IMG/VR virus record: IMGVR_UViG_3300008255_000098
DNA from: a virus
Lineage: Duplodnaviria > Caudoviricetes
Reading direction: 5' to 3' (one strand)
DNA length: 64,000 nucleotides
Positions 1 through 7,146 of this stretch are shown here, piece after piece (positions within the stretch are counted from its first letter, which is position 1; each line of letters opens with the position of its first letter). The notes under the pieces were generated by a model. The model saw nothing but the letters and a program-made list of their open reading frames with translations. It made no database searches and had not been told where the DNA came from. The position numbers were made by a program, and so were the translations under genes.

Positions 1-103
1 AGGTGGGTCTGTGACGACCGAAGAAGAAAAAGAAGAAGAAGCCCGACCCATCAATTTTTTTGCTCTCTTCTTCTTTATGGGCAGTCTACTAGGTGATAAA
101 TGG

Positions 104-175
104 GGGGGTTTAATTTAATCGGGAAAATACATGCTTCGCAAGTATGAGTCATGGGATCGTAACCCATAACCTCCA
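104..175 (+). tRNA. tRNA-Ala(CGC)
   Basis: Cloverleaf; acceptor GGGGGTT/AACCTCC with G3:U70; anticodon arm CATGC-TTCGCAA-GTATG; no encoded CCA. Confidence 0.85.
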
Positions 176-262
176 CTATCCGCAGTTTAGAAGTGCCAGC
201 TAGGTTAGTGGTTCGTCAAGATGGCTTCCAGATAGCAGGAAGAGTAAAAGAATAAACAATAT

Positions 263-348
263 GTCGATGTGGGGGAATGGCAGACCCGCTAGTCTCAGAA
301 GCTAGTTCCCGAAAGGGAGTGCAGGTTCAAGTCCTGTCATCGACACCA
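263..348 (+). tRNA. tRNA-Leu(CAG)
   Basis: Anticodon loop CTCAGAA, long variable arm, GGTTCAAGTCC T-arm, CCA end. Confidence 0.95.
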
Positions 349-350
349 AA

Positions 351-416
351 TTTCGCAAGCTAAAATCCAGGCAATGACTTTGAATTATTTGAGAGTTGAT
401 GGTTCTCATGCGAAAT
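351..416 (+). pseudogene. degenerate tRNA-like element (Gln TTG-like)
   Basis: TTTCGCA/TGCGAAA acceptor-like stem, AATGA-CTTTGAA-TTATT arm, no variable loop, aberrant T-loop. Confidence 0.4.
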
Positions 417-420
417 TTAT

Positions 421-505
421 ACCGACGTGGGGGAATGGCAGACCCGCTAGTCTAAGAAGCTAGTATAGCGAAAGCTGTGTGCGAGTTCAAGTCTCGCCGT
501 CGGTA
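421..505 (+). tRNA. tRNA-Leu(AAG)
   Basis: Same D/anticodon arm as the CAG tRNA but loop CTAAGAA; long variable arm; acceptor ACCGACG/CGTCGGT. Confidence 0.9.
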
Positions 506-548
506 CAAATGTTTTTTCACACAATTTTCAGGTATAAGATAAATTCAT

Positions 549-625
549 GGTGTCCATAGTGTAAACGGTGAACATGGTCGGTTGTGACCCGGCAGTTAGC
601 GGTTCAAATCCGCTTGGACACACCA
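549..625 (+). tRNA. tRNA-His(GTG)
   Basis: Loop TTGTGAC; encoded G-1; A73; CCA. Confidence 0.9.
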
Positions 626-681
626 AGGTTTCATAAATATAATGGCGTCACAGTCACTAAATTGGTTTATTTTCGAAACAT

Positions 682-757
682 GCCCAAGTACGCTAAAGGC
701 AGTGCGGCTTTTCTCAAAAAAAAGTGGTTGTGAGTTCGACTCTCACCTTGGGTACCA
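682..757 (+). tRNA. tRNA with CAA anticodon (Leu-type) and short variable loop
   Basis: CTTTT-CTCAAAA-AAAAG anticodon arm; 5-nt variable loop; GTGAG-TTCGACT-CTCAC T-arm; ACCA end. Confidence 0.85.
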
Positions 758-778
758 AAACAGGAATAAATAAAATCT

Positions 779-1078
779 ATGGAAACAACACCTAAAGCTG
801 GAAAATTATACAAAGTGGTTGGTCCAGCAGAGTTTGTTCCAAATTTAGAAAGTTACGTCAGTTCATCATTCAAGTATCAATTATATCGAATAACAGAAGA
901 AATTCCTATAGGGGAAATTTTATTGTTTGTCGAAATACAACAAAACGTTGTTGAAAACAAATATTTACCTACTCTATTTGGTGATAAAATAGAAATACTT
1001 CTTTACAAGTTCTTGTATGGGGAAAAAATCATTTATTTGGAGTGTTATAATGACGAAATGTTGCGTCAAGTGGAATAA
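779..1078 (+). CDS. hypothetical protein, GKLY-motif paralog family
   Basis: ORF with KAGKLYKV start and FLYGEKIIY end shared with other small ORFs in the window. Confidence 0.7.
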   Translation: METTPKAGKLYKVVGPAEFVPNLESYVSSSFKYQLYRITEEIPIGEILLFVEIQQNVVENKYLPTLFGDKIEILLYKFLYGEKIIYLECYNDEMLRQVE

Positions 1079-1091
1079 CATTCAGCCAAAT

Positions 1092-1184
1092 AAACAAAAA
1101 CGGAATAAGGTGTTGTCACTAGGTGAGTCTAAGACCTTCGAAACTTATCCACGTCAGCTATACTGTCGTGGGAGGGTAATTCAC
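1092..1184 (+). mobile_element. IS200/IS605-type right end / TnpB reRNA-like remnant, no tnpB
   Basis: About 55 nt closely similar to 18485-18540; translates like a TnpB tail (KQKRNKVLSLGESK); ends GGGTAATTCAC. Confidence 0.65.
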
Positions 1185-1230
1185 CATAGCCACATGAATA
1201 AGTATTATAGATTGCCTAATATTAGGCTGA

Positions 1231-2139
1231 ATGGAAAAAAATATGCGTGCATTAGTTTTAGGTGGAGGAGGCGCTAAGGGCGCATTTCAGGCTGGAGTTT
1301 TTAAATACCTAGCCGAACAGGGAGAAAAGTTTGAAATCATCTCTGGTACGTCTGTAGGCGCTTTGAACGGGTCTTTCCTGGCTCAGTATGTTTTAGGTGA
1401 CGAAGCCAAAGCATCACAGGAGTTAATATCTCTTTGGGAAAAAATCGAAGATAAAAAAATCTATAAGAAATGGTATTTTGGTATTCTTGGCAAAGCTCCA
1501 TTTCTTATGCCAAGATGGCTAGGTGGAAAGAAAAGCATGTTTACCACAAAACCATTAGAAAACAATATCAGTGGACTTTTGGATTTGGAAAGAGTTAGAA
1601 GTTCAGGACATAAACTCCGAATTAATACAATAAACATAGATACTGGTGAATTAGAAGTGTTTGATGAAGATTTTGACCTGCTCAAAAAAGCAGTTTTAGC
1701 AAGTTCTTCTTTTCCTCCTGCTTTTGCTCCGGTAGAAATCAATGGAATGAGATATTTGGACGCAGGCGCACGAGAAATAGTGCCAATAGAAGCTGCAATA
1801 AAAGCTGGTGCTACAGATATTGTTGTAATTGCTTGTAGCCCATACAATGTAATAGGAAATTTAGCTAAGAAGCCATCAGGGCTTGATATAGCATTTCGGA
1901 CAATAGACGCAAGTGGGGTTGAAATAGAAAAATGGGATTTGAAAATTGTTGAATTATATAATGCTTTAATAAAATCTGATAGTCCAATGGCGGGAGATAA
2001 AAAGATAATAAAGGTTACAGTTATTCGTCCAAAACAAGCTTTGTTAAGTGACACTTTAGATTTTAACCCTGAGAGGATCAGAACAAATATTGAAAGAGGA
2101 TATTTAGCTGCACAAGGGTTAGACAAAGTTTTAGAGTGA
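1231..2139 (+). CDS. patatin-like phospholipase
   Basis: GGGAKG loop, GTSVG nucleophile motif, DAG (DGG-like) motif. Confidence 0.92.
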   Translation: MEKNMRALVLGGGGAKGAFQAGVFKYLAEQGEKFEIISGTSVGALNGSFLAQYVLGDEAKASQELISLWEKIEDKKIYKKWYFGILGKAPFLMPRWLGGKKSMFTTKPLENNISGLLDLERVRSSGHKLRINTINIDTGELEVFDEDFDLLKKAVLASSSFPPAFAPVEINGMRYLDAGAREIVPIEAAIKAGATDIVVIACSPYNVIGNLAKKPSGLDIAFRTIDASGVEIEKWDLKIVELYNALIKSDSPMAGDKKIIKVTVIRPKQALLSDTLDFNPERIRTNIERGYLAAQGLDKVLE

Positions 2140-2144
2140 AATAT

Positions 2145-2186
2145 GTCAGCGAGCCTTGAGCACATAGGGCAAGTCCTACCGCTGAC
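2145..2186 (+). ncRNA. armless tRNA-like minihelix
   Basis: GTCAGCG/CGCTGAC 7-bp stem plus TAGG-GCAAGT-CCTA hairpin; no D or anticodon arm. Confidence 0.5.
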
Positions 2187-2190
2187 CCTC

Positions 2191-2265
2191 GCCTCATAAG
2201 CATAAATGGTGATGCACCGGCTTTGTAAACCGGAAAATTCGGTTCGATTCCGAAATGAGGCTCCA
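2191..2265 (+). tRNA. tRNA-Thr(TGT)
   Basis: Loop TTTGTAA; T-arm TCGG-TTCGATT-CCGA; TCCA end. Confidence 0.9.
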
Positions 2266-2291
2266 AAAAATTCTACTATATTGTAGAAAAC

Positions 2292-2362
2292 GCCCTGTTA
2301 GTATAATGGTATTACCCTCGCCCCGTAAACGAGGAACGTCGGATCGTTACCGACACAGGGCT
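2292..2362 (+). tRNA. tRNA-Thr(CGT)
   Basis: Acceptor GCCCTGT/ACAGGGC; loop CCCGTAA (C33). Confidence 0.85.
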
Positions 2363-2377
2363 CTAAGTTAAAAAAAT

Positions 2378-2452
2378 GCATCCGTGGTCTAATGGAAGGG
2401 CACTGGTCTACGAAACCAGTTCATGTAGGTTCGAATCCTGCCGGATGCGCCA
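2378..2452 (+). tRNA. tRNA-Arg(ACG)
   Basis: CTGGT-CTACGAA-ACCAG; GCCA end. Confidence 0.95.
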
Positions 2453-2492
2453 AACGTATACAGAAAAATATACTAAATTAGTTTACAAGGCT

Positions 2493-2547
2493 GGGCGTTA
2501 AAAACCCATCCATTTACTTTTAATCCACAGGACGGAGAATTGTTCAC
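2493..2547 (+). mobile_element. IS200/IS605-like right-end remnant
   Basis: Shares GCGT.AAAAACCCATCCATT with 24533-24556; ends GAATTGTTCAC. Confidence 0.45.
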
Positions 2548-2619
2548 CAGGGGTTAAGAACCTTTGATAGAAAGAGCGGAAGTGCATAAAGTTTTTGTAG
2601 AAACAATGAAATAATTTAA

Positions 2620-2706
2620 CAAATATTTTGGTAGCTCTATAATCTTGAGACATATAGGGCTGGTAGGCGAGGTCTCGGCCGGGTTCGAATCCCGCCAAAA
2701 TATTTG
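2620..2706 (+). ncRNA. tRNA-mimic RNA (T-arm, long terminal stem, no anticodon arm)
   Basis: 12-bp terminal stem CAAATATTTTGG/CCAAAATATTTG; CGGG-TTCGAAT-CCCG T-arm; internal 8-bp hairpin. Confidence 0.6.
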
Positions 2707-2779
2707 CCTTTGTAGTATAATGGTATTACACTTGCCTGGTATGTAAGAAACGAGAGATCGATACTCTCCAAAGGCTCCA
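2706..2779 (+). tRNA. tRNA-Thr(GGT)
   Basis: CTTGC-CTGGTAT-GTAAG; TCCA end. Confidence 0.92.
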
Positions 2780-2903
2780 AAAAATAGTTTTGCGGTATTA
2801 ATTGAATGGCTTAGTCCTGCTTGAGGTGTTTCTTACGACATTATCTGGTACTCCACTCTTGTTCTTCCAGCCTCTTCAAATAAGTATGTAACTCATATTT
2901 CAT

Positions 2904-2977
2904 GGGCAAATAACTCAGTGGCAGAGTGCCTCTTTTACATGGAGGAAACGGCAGTTCAATCCTGTCTTTGCCTACCA
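2904..2977 (+). tRNA. tRNA-Val(TAC)
   Basis: CCTCT-TTTACAT-GGAGG; ACCA end. Confidence 0.92.
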
Positions 2978-3027
2978 ATAAAACCACAGCAGGGAGATTG
3001 ATTCGATACCAATATTCCGCACTGTAT

Positions 3028-3104
3028 GCACGATGGGCTGGCTGGGATTAGGCACCTTCTCGACATGGAGGATTAGACAGGTTCAATTCCTGTGTCGTGT
3101 ACCA
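3028..3104 (+). tRNA. tRNA-Val(GAC)
   Basis: CCTTC-TCGACAT-GGAGG; ACCA end. Confidence 0.88.
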
Positions 3105-3232
3105 AATTTTGTAGGCTATGAGCATTATTACAATCTGTGAAGGAAACAAGTATTATATACATCAACAACGTATTTTTAGCGGTCTTTTTTTTGGCATGTG
3201 ACACAAAGCTAAAATTTAGCATTTAGAGGTTT

Positions 3233-3475
3233 ATGAAAAAATTAAATTTAGGTATTCTTTATAAAAATGGGAAGGTAGTAGATCATCGTTCAGCTTTACA
3301 GGTTTTTTTAAATCCCTTTTTACGAACAGCGGGATTTGAAATTTGCTCTATCTTTTTAGATGGGGAATTTGACAAATACGAAGTTAGAAAACTAGAAAAG
3401 GCGCAAGAATTTAATTTTGATTTATATTCTTGGAATGATTTTGATGAGGTAGAAAAGAAAAGACGAATAATATAA
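3233..3475 (+). CDS. hypothetical protein
   Basis: ORF with GAGG RBS between tRNAs. Confidence 0.7.
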   Translation: MKKLNLGILYKNGKVVDHRSALQVFLNPFLRTAGFEICSIFLDGEFDKYEVRKLEKAQEFNFDLYSWNDFDEVEKKRRII

Positions 3476-3479
3476 ATTT

Positions 3480-3550
3480 GCGGGTATGGTATAATGATAT
3501 TATGTTTGGTTTCCACCCAAAGGATCTGAGTTTGATTCTCAGTACCCGCT
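3480..3550 (+). tRNA. tRNA-Gly(TCC)
   Basis: GCGGGTA/TACCCGC; TTTGG-TTTCCAC-CCAAA. Confidence 0.9.
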
Positions 3551-3572
3551 CTAAGTTAGTCAAATATTATTT

Positions 3573-3648
3573 CGGGCGTTAGTGAAAAGGATAATCACGC
3601 AGAACTCCGAATTCTGTATTACAAGTTCGATTCTTGTACGCTCGGCCA
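3573..3648 (+). tRNA. tRNA-Arg(CCG)
   Basis: CAGAA-CTCCGAA-TTCTG; GCCA end. Confidence 0.92.
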
Positions 3649-3762
3649 AATAATCTATGAAGCCTTATAGATAGTGGTTACACATGAGACTAGACTGGCG
3701 GTGGTTACACGCATTGTATCGTGTTTATGTGTAACCGTGTGGTCGCTCCACGATAGATTATT
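3649..3762 (+). ncRNA. unassigned structured RNA
   Basis: 10-bp terminal stem AATAATCTAT/ATAGATTATT; GGTTACACAT/ATGTGTAACC helix; two small hairpins. Confidence 0.5.
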
Positions 3763-3766
3763 TTTT

Positions 3767-3837
3767 GCCTACGTTCTTAGGTTGAGAGCAAACGTTTCAT
3801 AAGCGTTTTGGTGAAGGTTCGAATCTTTCCGTAGGCA
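3767..3837 (+). tRNA. tRNA with CAT anticodon (elongator Met or Ile2)
   Basis: AACGT-TTCATAA-GCGTT; acceptor GCCTACG/CGTAGGC. Confidence 0.88.
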
Positions 3838-3860
3838 CTAATATTTCAATAATGAAATAT

Positions 3861-3931
3861 GCGGGATTGGTATAAAGGTATTACACGACATTGCCAATGT
3901 TGAGACATCGGATCGTTTCCGATATCCCGCT
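3861..3931 (+). tRNA. tRNA-Gly(GCC)
   Basis: CGACA-TTGCCAA-TGTTG; acceptor GCGGGAT/ATCCCGC. Confidence 0.9.
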
Positions 3932-3964
3932 CAAAAATAACATTCTAAAATAGGAAATAATATC

Positions 3965-4417
3965 ATGTATATTGTAGAAAAAAATTCCAAAAAAAAGGTA
4001 GATGCGGAAGAATGGTTTGAATTCGAATCATATGGAAAAATTATATATGACCCGCCTCGGCCAGGAATGAAAAAAAATAAAGATTGGTGGGTTATCTTTT
4101 CTGTAGATCGTGAAATAACAAGATATTTTCGTTGGCAAATTTTGTGGAATTGGGGAATTAAATTATACCAACCGTCTTGGGACGCACATATTTCTATTAT
4201 TAGAGGCGAACGTCCTGCAAATGATAAGATGCATCTTTGGAAGAAATTTCATGGGCAAAAGTTCAAATTCAAGTATTCAAATAAAGTATTTCAGGCTGAC
4301 AATAAGCCAGAATTCTGGTACATACACGCACAGAGTCCGATTATCAAGGAAATACGTGAAGATTTTGGATTTCAATCAGATTGGACATCTCATATAACAG
4401 TTGGAAAAACATGTTAA
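3965..4417 (+). CDS. putative 2H phosphoesterase
   Basis: Two HxS/T motifs (AHISII, SHITVG) in a 150-aa protein. Confidence 0.6.
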   Translation: MYIVEKNSKKKVDAEEWFEFESYGKIIYDPPRPGMKKNKDWWVIFSVDREITRYFRWQILWNWGIKLYQPSWDAHISIIRGERPANDKMHLWKKFHGQKFKFKYSNKVFQADNKPEFWYIHAQSPIIKEIREDFGFQSDWTSHITVGKTC

Positions 4418-4446
4418 CAAATGTAACAAACTGGTTTACAACTTTT

Positions 4447-4481
4447 ATTAACTACCCACCCGCAACGGGTGGGTAGTTAAT
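4447..4481. repeat. perfect inverted repeat (terminator or IS-end-like hairpin)
   Basis: ATTAACTACCCACCCG-CAA-CGGGTGGGTAGTTAAT. Confidence 0.85.
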
Positions 4482-4652
4482 CTAACGGCATTGCACATTT
4501 AAATTTTGATGGGGGTTAGTTCTAATCCTTCAATTGATTATATAGAATGCGTATATATTGGTGCAAGCTCATCTAAAGCCGCACAGGCTAGAAAATTAGT
4601 GGCAAATGCTGTTTATCCAAAAGGTTATACACCTGGCAATTGAAACTTTTTT

Positions 4653-4724
4653 GGGGGTATGGTGTCAATGGGAACACGCTGACTTGGCTAGCCAGAGTTT
4701 TGAGTTCGAGTCTCAATATCTCCA
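4653..4724 (+). tRNA. tRNA-Ala(GGC)
   Basis: G3:U70; loop TTGGCTA. Confidence 0.85.
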
Positions 4725-4734
4725 CTAAATAAAT

Positions 4735-4828
4735 GGAAGAGAAACCAGTCAGGGTACTGGGCACGCCTGGAAAGCGTTGCGGACGGGCTAAGAACCTGTT
4801 TGGGCTTCGATTGCTCTCGCTTCCGCCA
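4735..4828 (+). tRNA. tRNA-Ser(GGA)
   Basis: Loop CTGGAAA; long variable arm; GCCA end. Confidence 0.9.
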
Positions 4829-4953
4829 AAATAAAGATGTATTCTTTTTAAATAGTAAAAAACGTGAGAAGTAAATTCAAGATGCAACAAAAAAGTATTG
4901 TGAATATGTTGATTTGATTATCAAACAAACTATAAGCTATATTTAAACAAACT

Positions 4954-5044
4954 GGAAGGTAACCTATGACGGTGATTAGGCTTGCCTGCTAAGCAAAGTG
5001 GACTCGTGAAACAGTCTGGGGTTCGACTCCTCTGCCTTCCGCCA
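4954..5044 (+). tRNA. tRNA-Ser(GCT)
   Basis: Loop CTGCTAA; long variable arm; GCCA end. Confidence 0.93.
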
Positions 5045-5127
5045 AGTTTAAACAAAATGGTTTAGATATTTTAGTTCAATCTAAAATTTTGTCGTGTTAT
5101 AAAATATTGTTACGATAGGAAAAATAT

Positions 5128-6726
5128 ATGTGCGGAATTTTTGCCTATAAAGGAAGTTTGATTCCCTTTGAGGAACTAGAAAAGCAATTTATGAAATTGC
5201 AACATAGAGGACCAGACAACATGCAAATAGATGTTGACCCTCAAAAAAAAGTATTTCTAGGTTTTCATAGATTATCAATAATGGATTTAACTTCCAAAGG
5301 AAACCAACCATTTGTTGATGGTACAATACGTTTGTTGTGTAACGGAGAAATCTATAACCACGAGAGTCTAAAACAGGAAATAAATTACAAATGTCACTCT
5401 GCAAGTGACTGTGAAATTTTACTACCACTTATTGAAAAATTTGGGTTGCTTGAAACATCTAAAAAATTAGATGCAGAGTTTGCACTAATATGGTATGACC
5501 ATAAAACACAAAAAATGATGGCTGCACGTGACCCAATTGGCATTCGTCCTTTATTTTGGGGGAAGACAACTTCTGGAGAAATAGCCTTTGCGTCCGAGGT
5601 CAAAGCATTAGTGGACATTTGTGAGTTTGTTGAAGCATTTCCACCGGGATTTATTTGGGATGGCAATGAATTAATTGAATTTAGTGATGCAGGCTGTCAG
5701 CCTAAAAAAACTCTTTCCGGGTCAGAGCCCATGAAAGAAAAAGAAGTCCTGTACGGAATATCCTATAAGCTTACAGAGGGTGTTAGAAAGAGGATGGGGG
5801 CTGACGCTCCGATTGGATTTTTGTTGAGCGGAGGTCTTGACAGTAGTCTAATTTGTGCTTTGGCAGCTAAAATCTCTGACAAGCCTATAAAGACGTTTTC
5901 TGTGGGGTCAAATATTGACGCAATTGATAATAAATATGCAGAATTAGTTGCAAAACATATTGGCGCTGAACATACTACAGTATTGTTTACACAACAAGAT
6001 GCAACAAGTAGACTAGATGAGCTAATTCGAAAATTAGAGACGTGGGATATTACGACTATCCGTGCTTCTGTTGGAATGGATTTTGTATGCGAGTGGATAC
6101 ATAAAAATACAAATATTAAAGTGTTGATGACAGGAGAAGTTAGTGATGAATTATTTGGATATAAATATACAGATTATGCCCCGAATGCAACTGAGTTTCA
6201 AAATGAAGCAATTAAAAGAATGAGAGAATTATACATTTATGACGTACTTCGAGCGGACAGGTGTATTTCTGGGCATTCGTTAGAAAGCAGAGTTCCTTTT
6301 GGAGATTTAAATTTTGTAAGCCATGTGATGAATATTCCAGCTGAAATGAAAATGAACACACACGGGCAAGGAAAATATTTATTACGCAAAGCCTTTTCCA
6401 ATATTAACCTTTTGCCGGAAGAAATCCTTTATAGAGAAAAGGCAGCGTTTTCAGATGCAGTTGGACACTCAATTGTTGATGGAATTAAGTTTTATGCTGA
6501 AACCAACATAAGTGATAAAGAGTTATTAGATGCAAAACAAAAGTACAGTTATGGAACTCCTCTGACAAAGGAAGCTTTATTGTATCGTAATATTTTTGAA
6601 AGACACTATCCTGGCAGAAGTGAGTTAATTAAAGATTTTTGGTTACCAAATAAAAATTGGGAAAATTGTAATGTTACTGATCCAAGTGCTCGTGTGTTGC
6701 CTAATTACGGAGACAGCGGCAAATAA
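5128..6726 (+). CDS. asnB: asparagine synthetase B (glutamine-hydrolysing)
   Basis: N-terminal CGI, HRGPD, LGFHRLSI, CNGEIYN, LSGGLDSS, ESRVPF. Confidence 0.97.
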   Translation: MCGIFAYKGSLIPFEELEKQFMKLQHRGPDNMQIDVDPQKKVFLGFHRLSIMDLTSKGNQPFVDGTIRLLCNGEIYNHESLKQEINYKCHSASDCEILLPLIEKFGLLETSKKLDAEFALIWYDHKTQKMMAARDPIGIRPLFWGKTTSGEIAFASEVKALVDICEFVEAFPPGFIWDGNELIEFSDAGCQPKKTLSGSEPMKEKEVLYGISYKLTEGVRKRMGADAPIGFLLSGGLDSSLICALAAKISDKPIKTFSVGSNIDAIDNKYAELVAKHIGAEHTTVLFTQQDATSRLDELIRKLETWDITTIRASVGMDFVCEWIHKNTNIKVLMTGEVSDELFGYKYTDYAPNATEFQNEAIKRMRELYIYDVLRADRCISGHSLESRVPFGDLNFVSHVMNIPAEMKMNTHGQGKYLLRKAFSNINLLPEEILYREKAAFSDAVGHSIVDGIKFYAETNISDKELLDAKQKYSYGTPLTKEALLYRNIFERHYPGRSELIKDFWLPNKNWENCNVTDPSARVLPNYGDSGK

Positions 6727-6733
6727 AGTATAA

Positions 6734-6803
6734 GACGGGGCACCTCGGGGGTACATACGACTGCAAATCGTCATGTTTAAGAGTTCGACTCTCTTCCTCG
6801 TCT
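6734..6803 (+). tRNA. tRNA-Cys(GCA)
   Basis: Loop CTGCAAA; U73. Confidence 0.9.
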
Positions 6804-6834
6804 CTAGTGTAACCAGTTTAAAAAATCCTGTTTT

Positions 6835-7146
6835 GTGTTATTCCTAGCACAGAGGCAGGATTTGTTAGTTAACACCAAAGAAGCGGAAAATGAAGCTATT
6901 TTAGCTGAACTTGATAAGAACGGGTTTGTTTGGGTGTCCGTGACAAATAAACAGAATGAACATATCAAAATTACCAAAACGACAACTTGGAAAAATGGTG
7001 ATTTAGTTTTATGTTTATTTAAAAAAGAGTTGCATGTCATGTTAGTTAAAAAAGAATCTATCTTAGAAGATAAAGAACGAGTTATTTTTGTATGTCCTAA
7101 AAATATTTTTGGAAAAGCAACACAAAGGAAGAACAAAAATGACTAG
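6835..7146 (+). CDS. hypothetical protein
   Basis: ORF overlapping the NAD kinase start; true start uncertain. Confidence 0.55.
   Translation: MLFLAQRQDLLVNTKEAENEAILAELDKNGFVWVSVTNKQNEHIKITKTTTWKNGDLVLCLFKKELHVMLVKKESILEDKERVIFVCPKNIFGKATQRKNKND

Noticed and set aside
1017-1277. 86-aa ORF as a real gene
   Set aside because: It overlaps both neighbours and is the read-through of the TnpB-tail remnant.
1461-2165. Long antisense ORFs opposite patatin, asnB, methylase, lysS and others
   Set aside because: Shadow frames of well-supported plus-strand genes.
4588-4890. Minus-strand ORFs over tRNA clusters (also 2078-2266, 2498-2698, 48485-48739, 48978-49399)
   Set aside because: Antisense or overlapping shadows of tRNA genes with no protein motifs.
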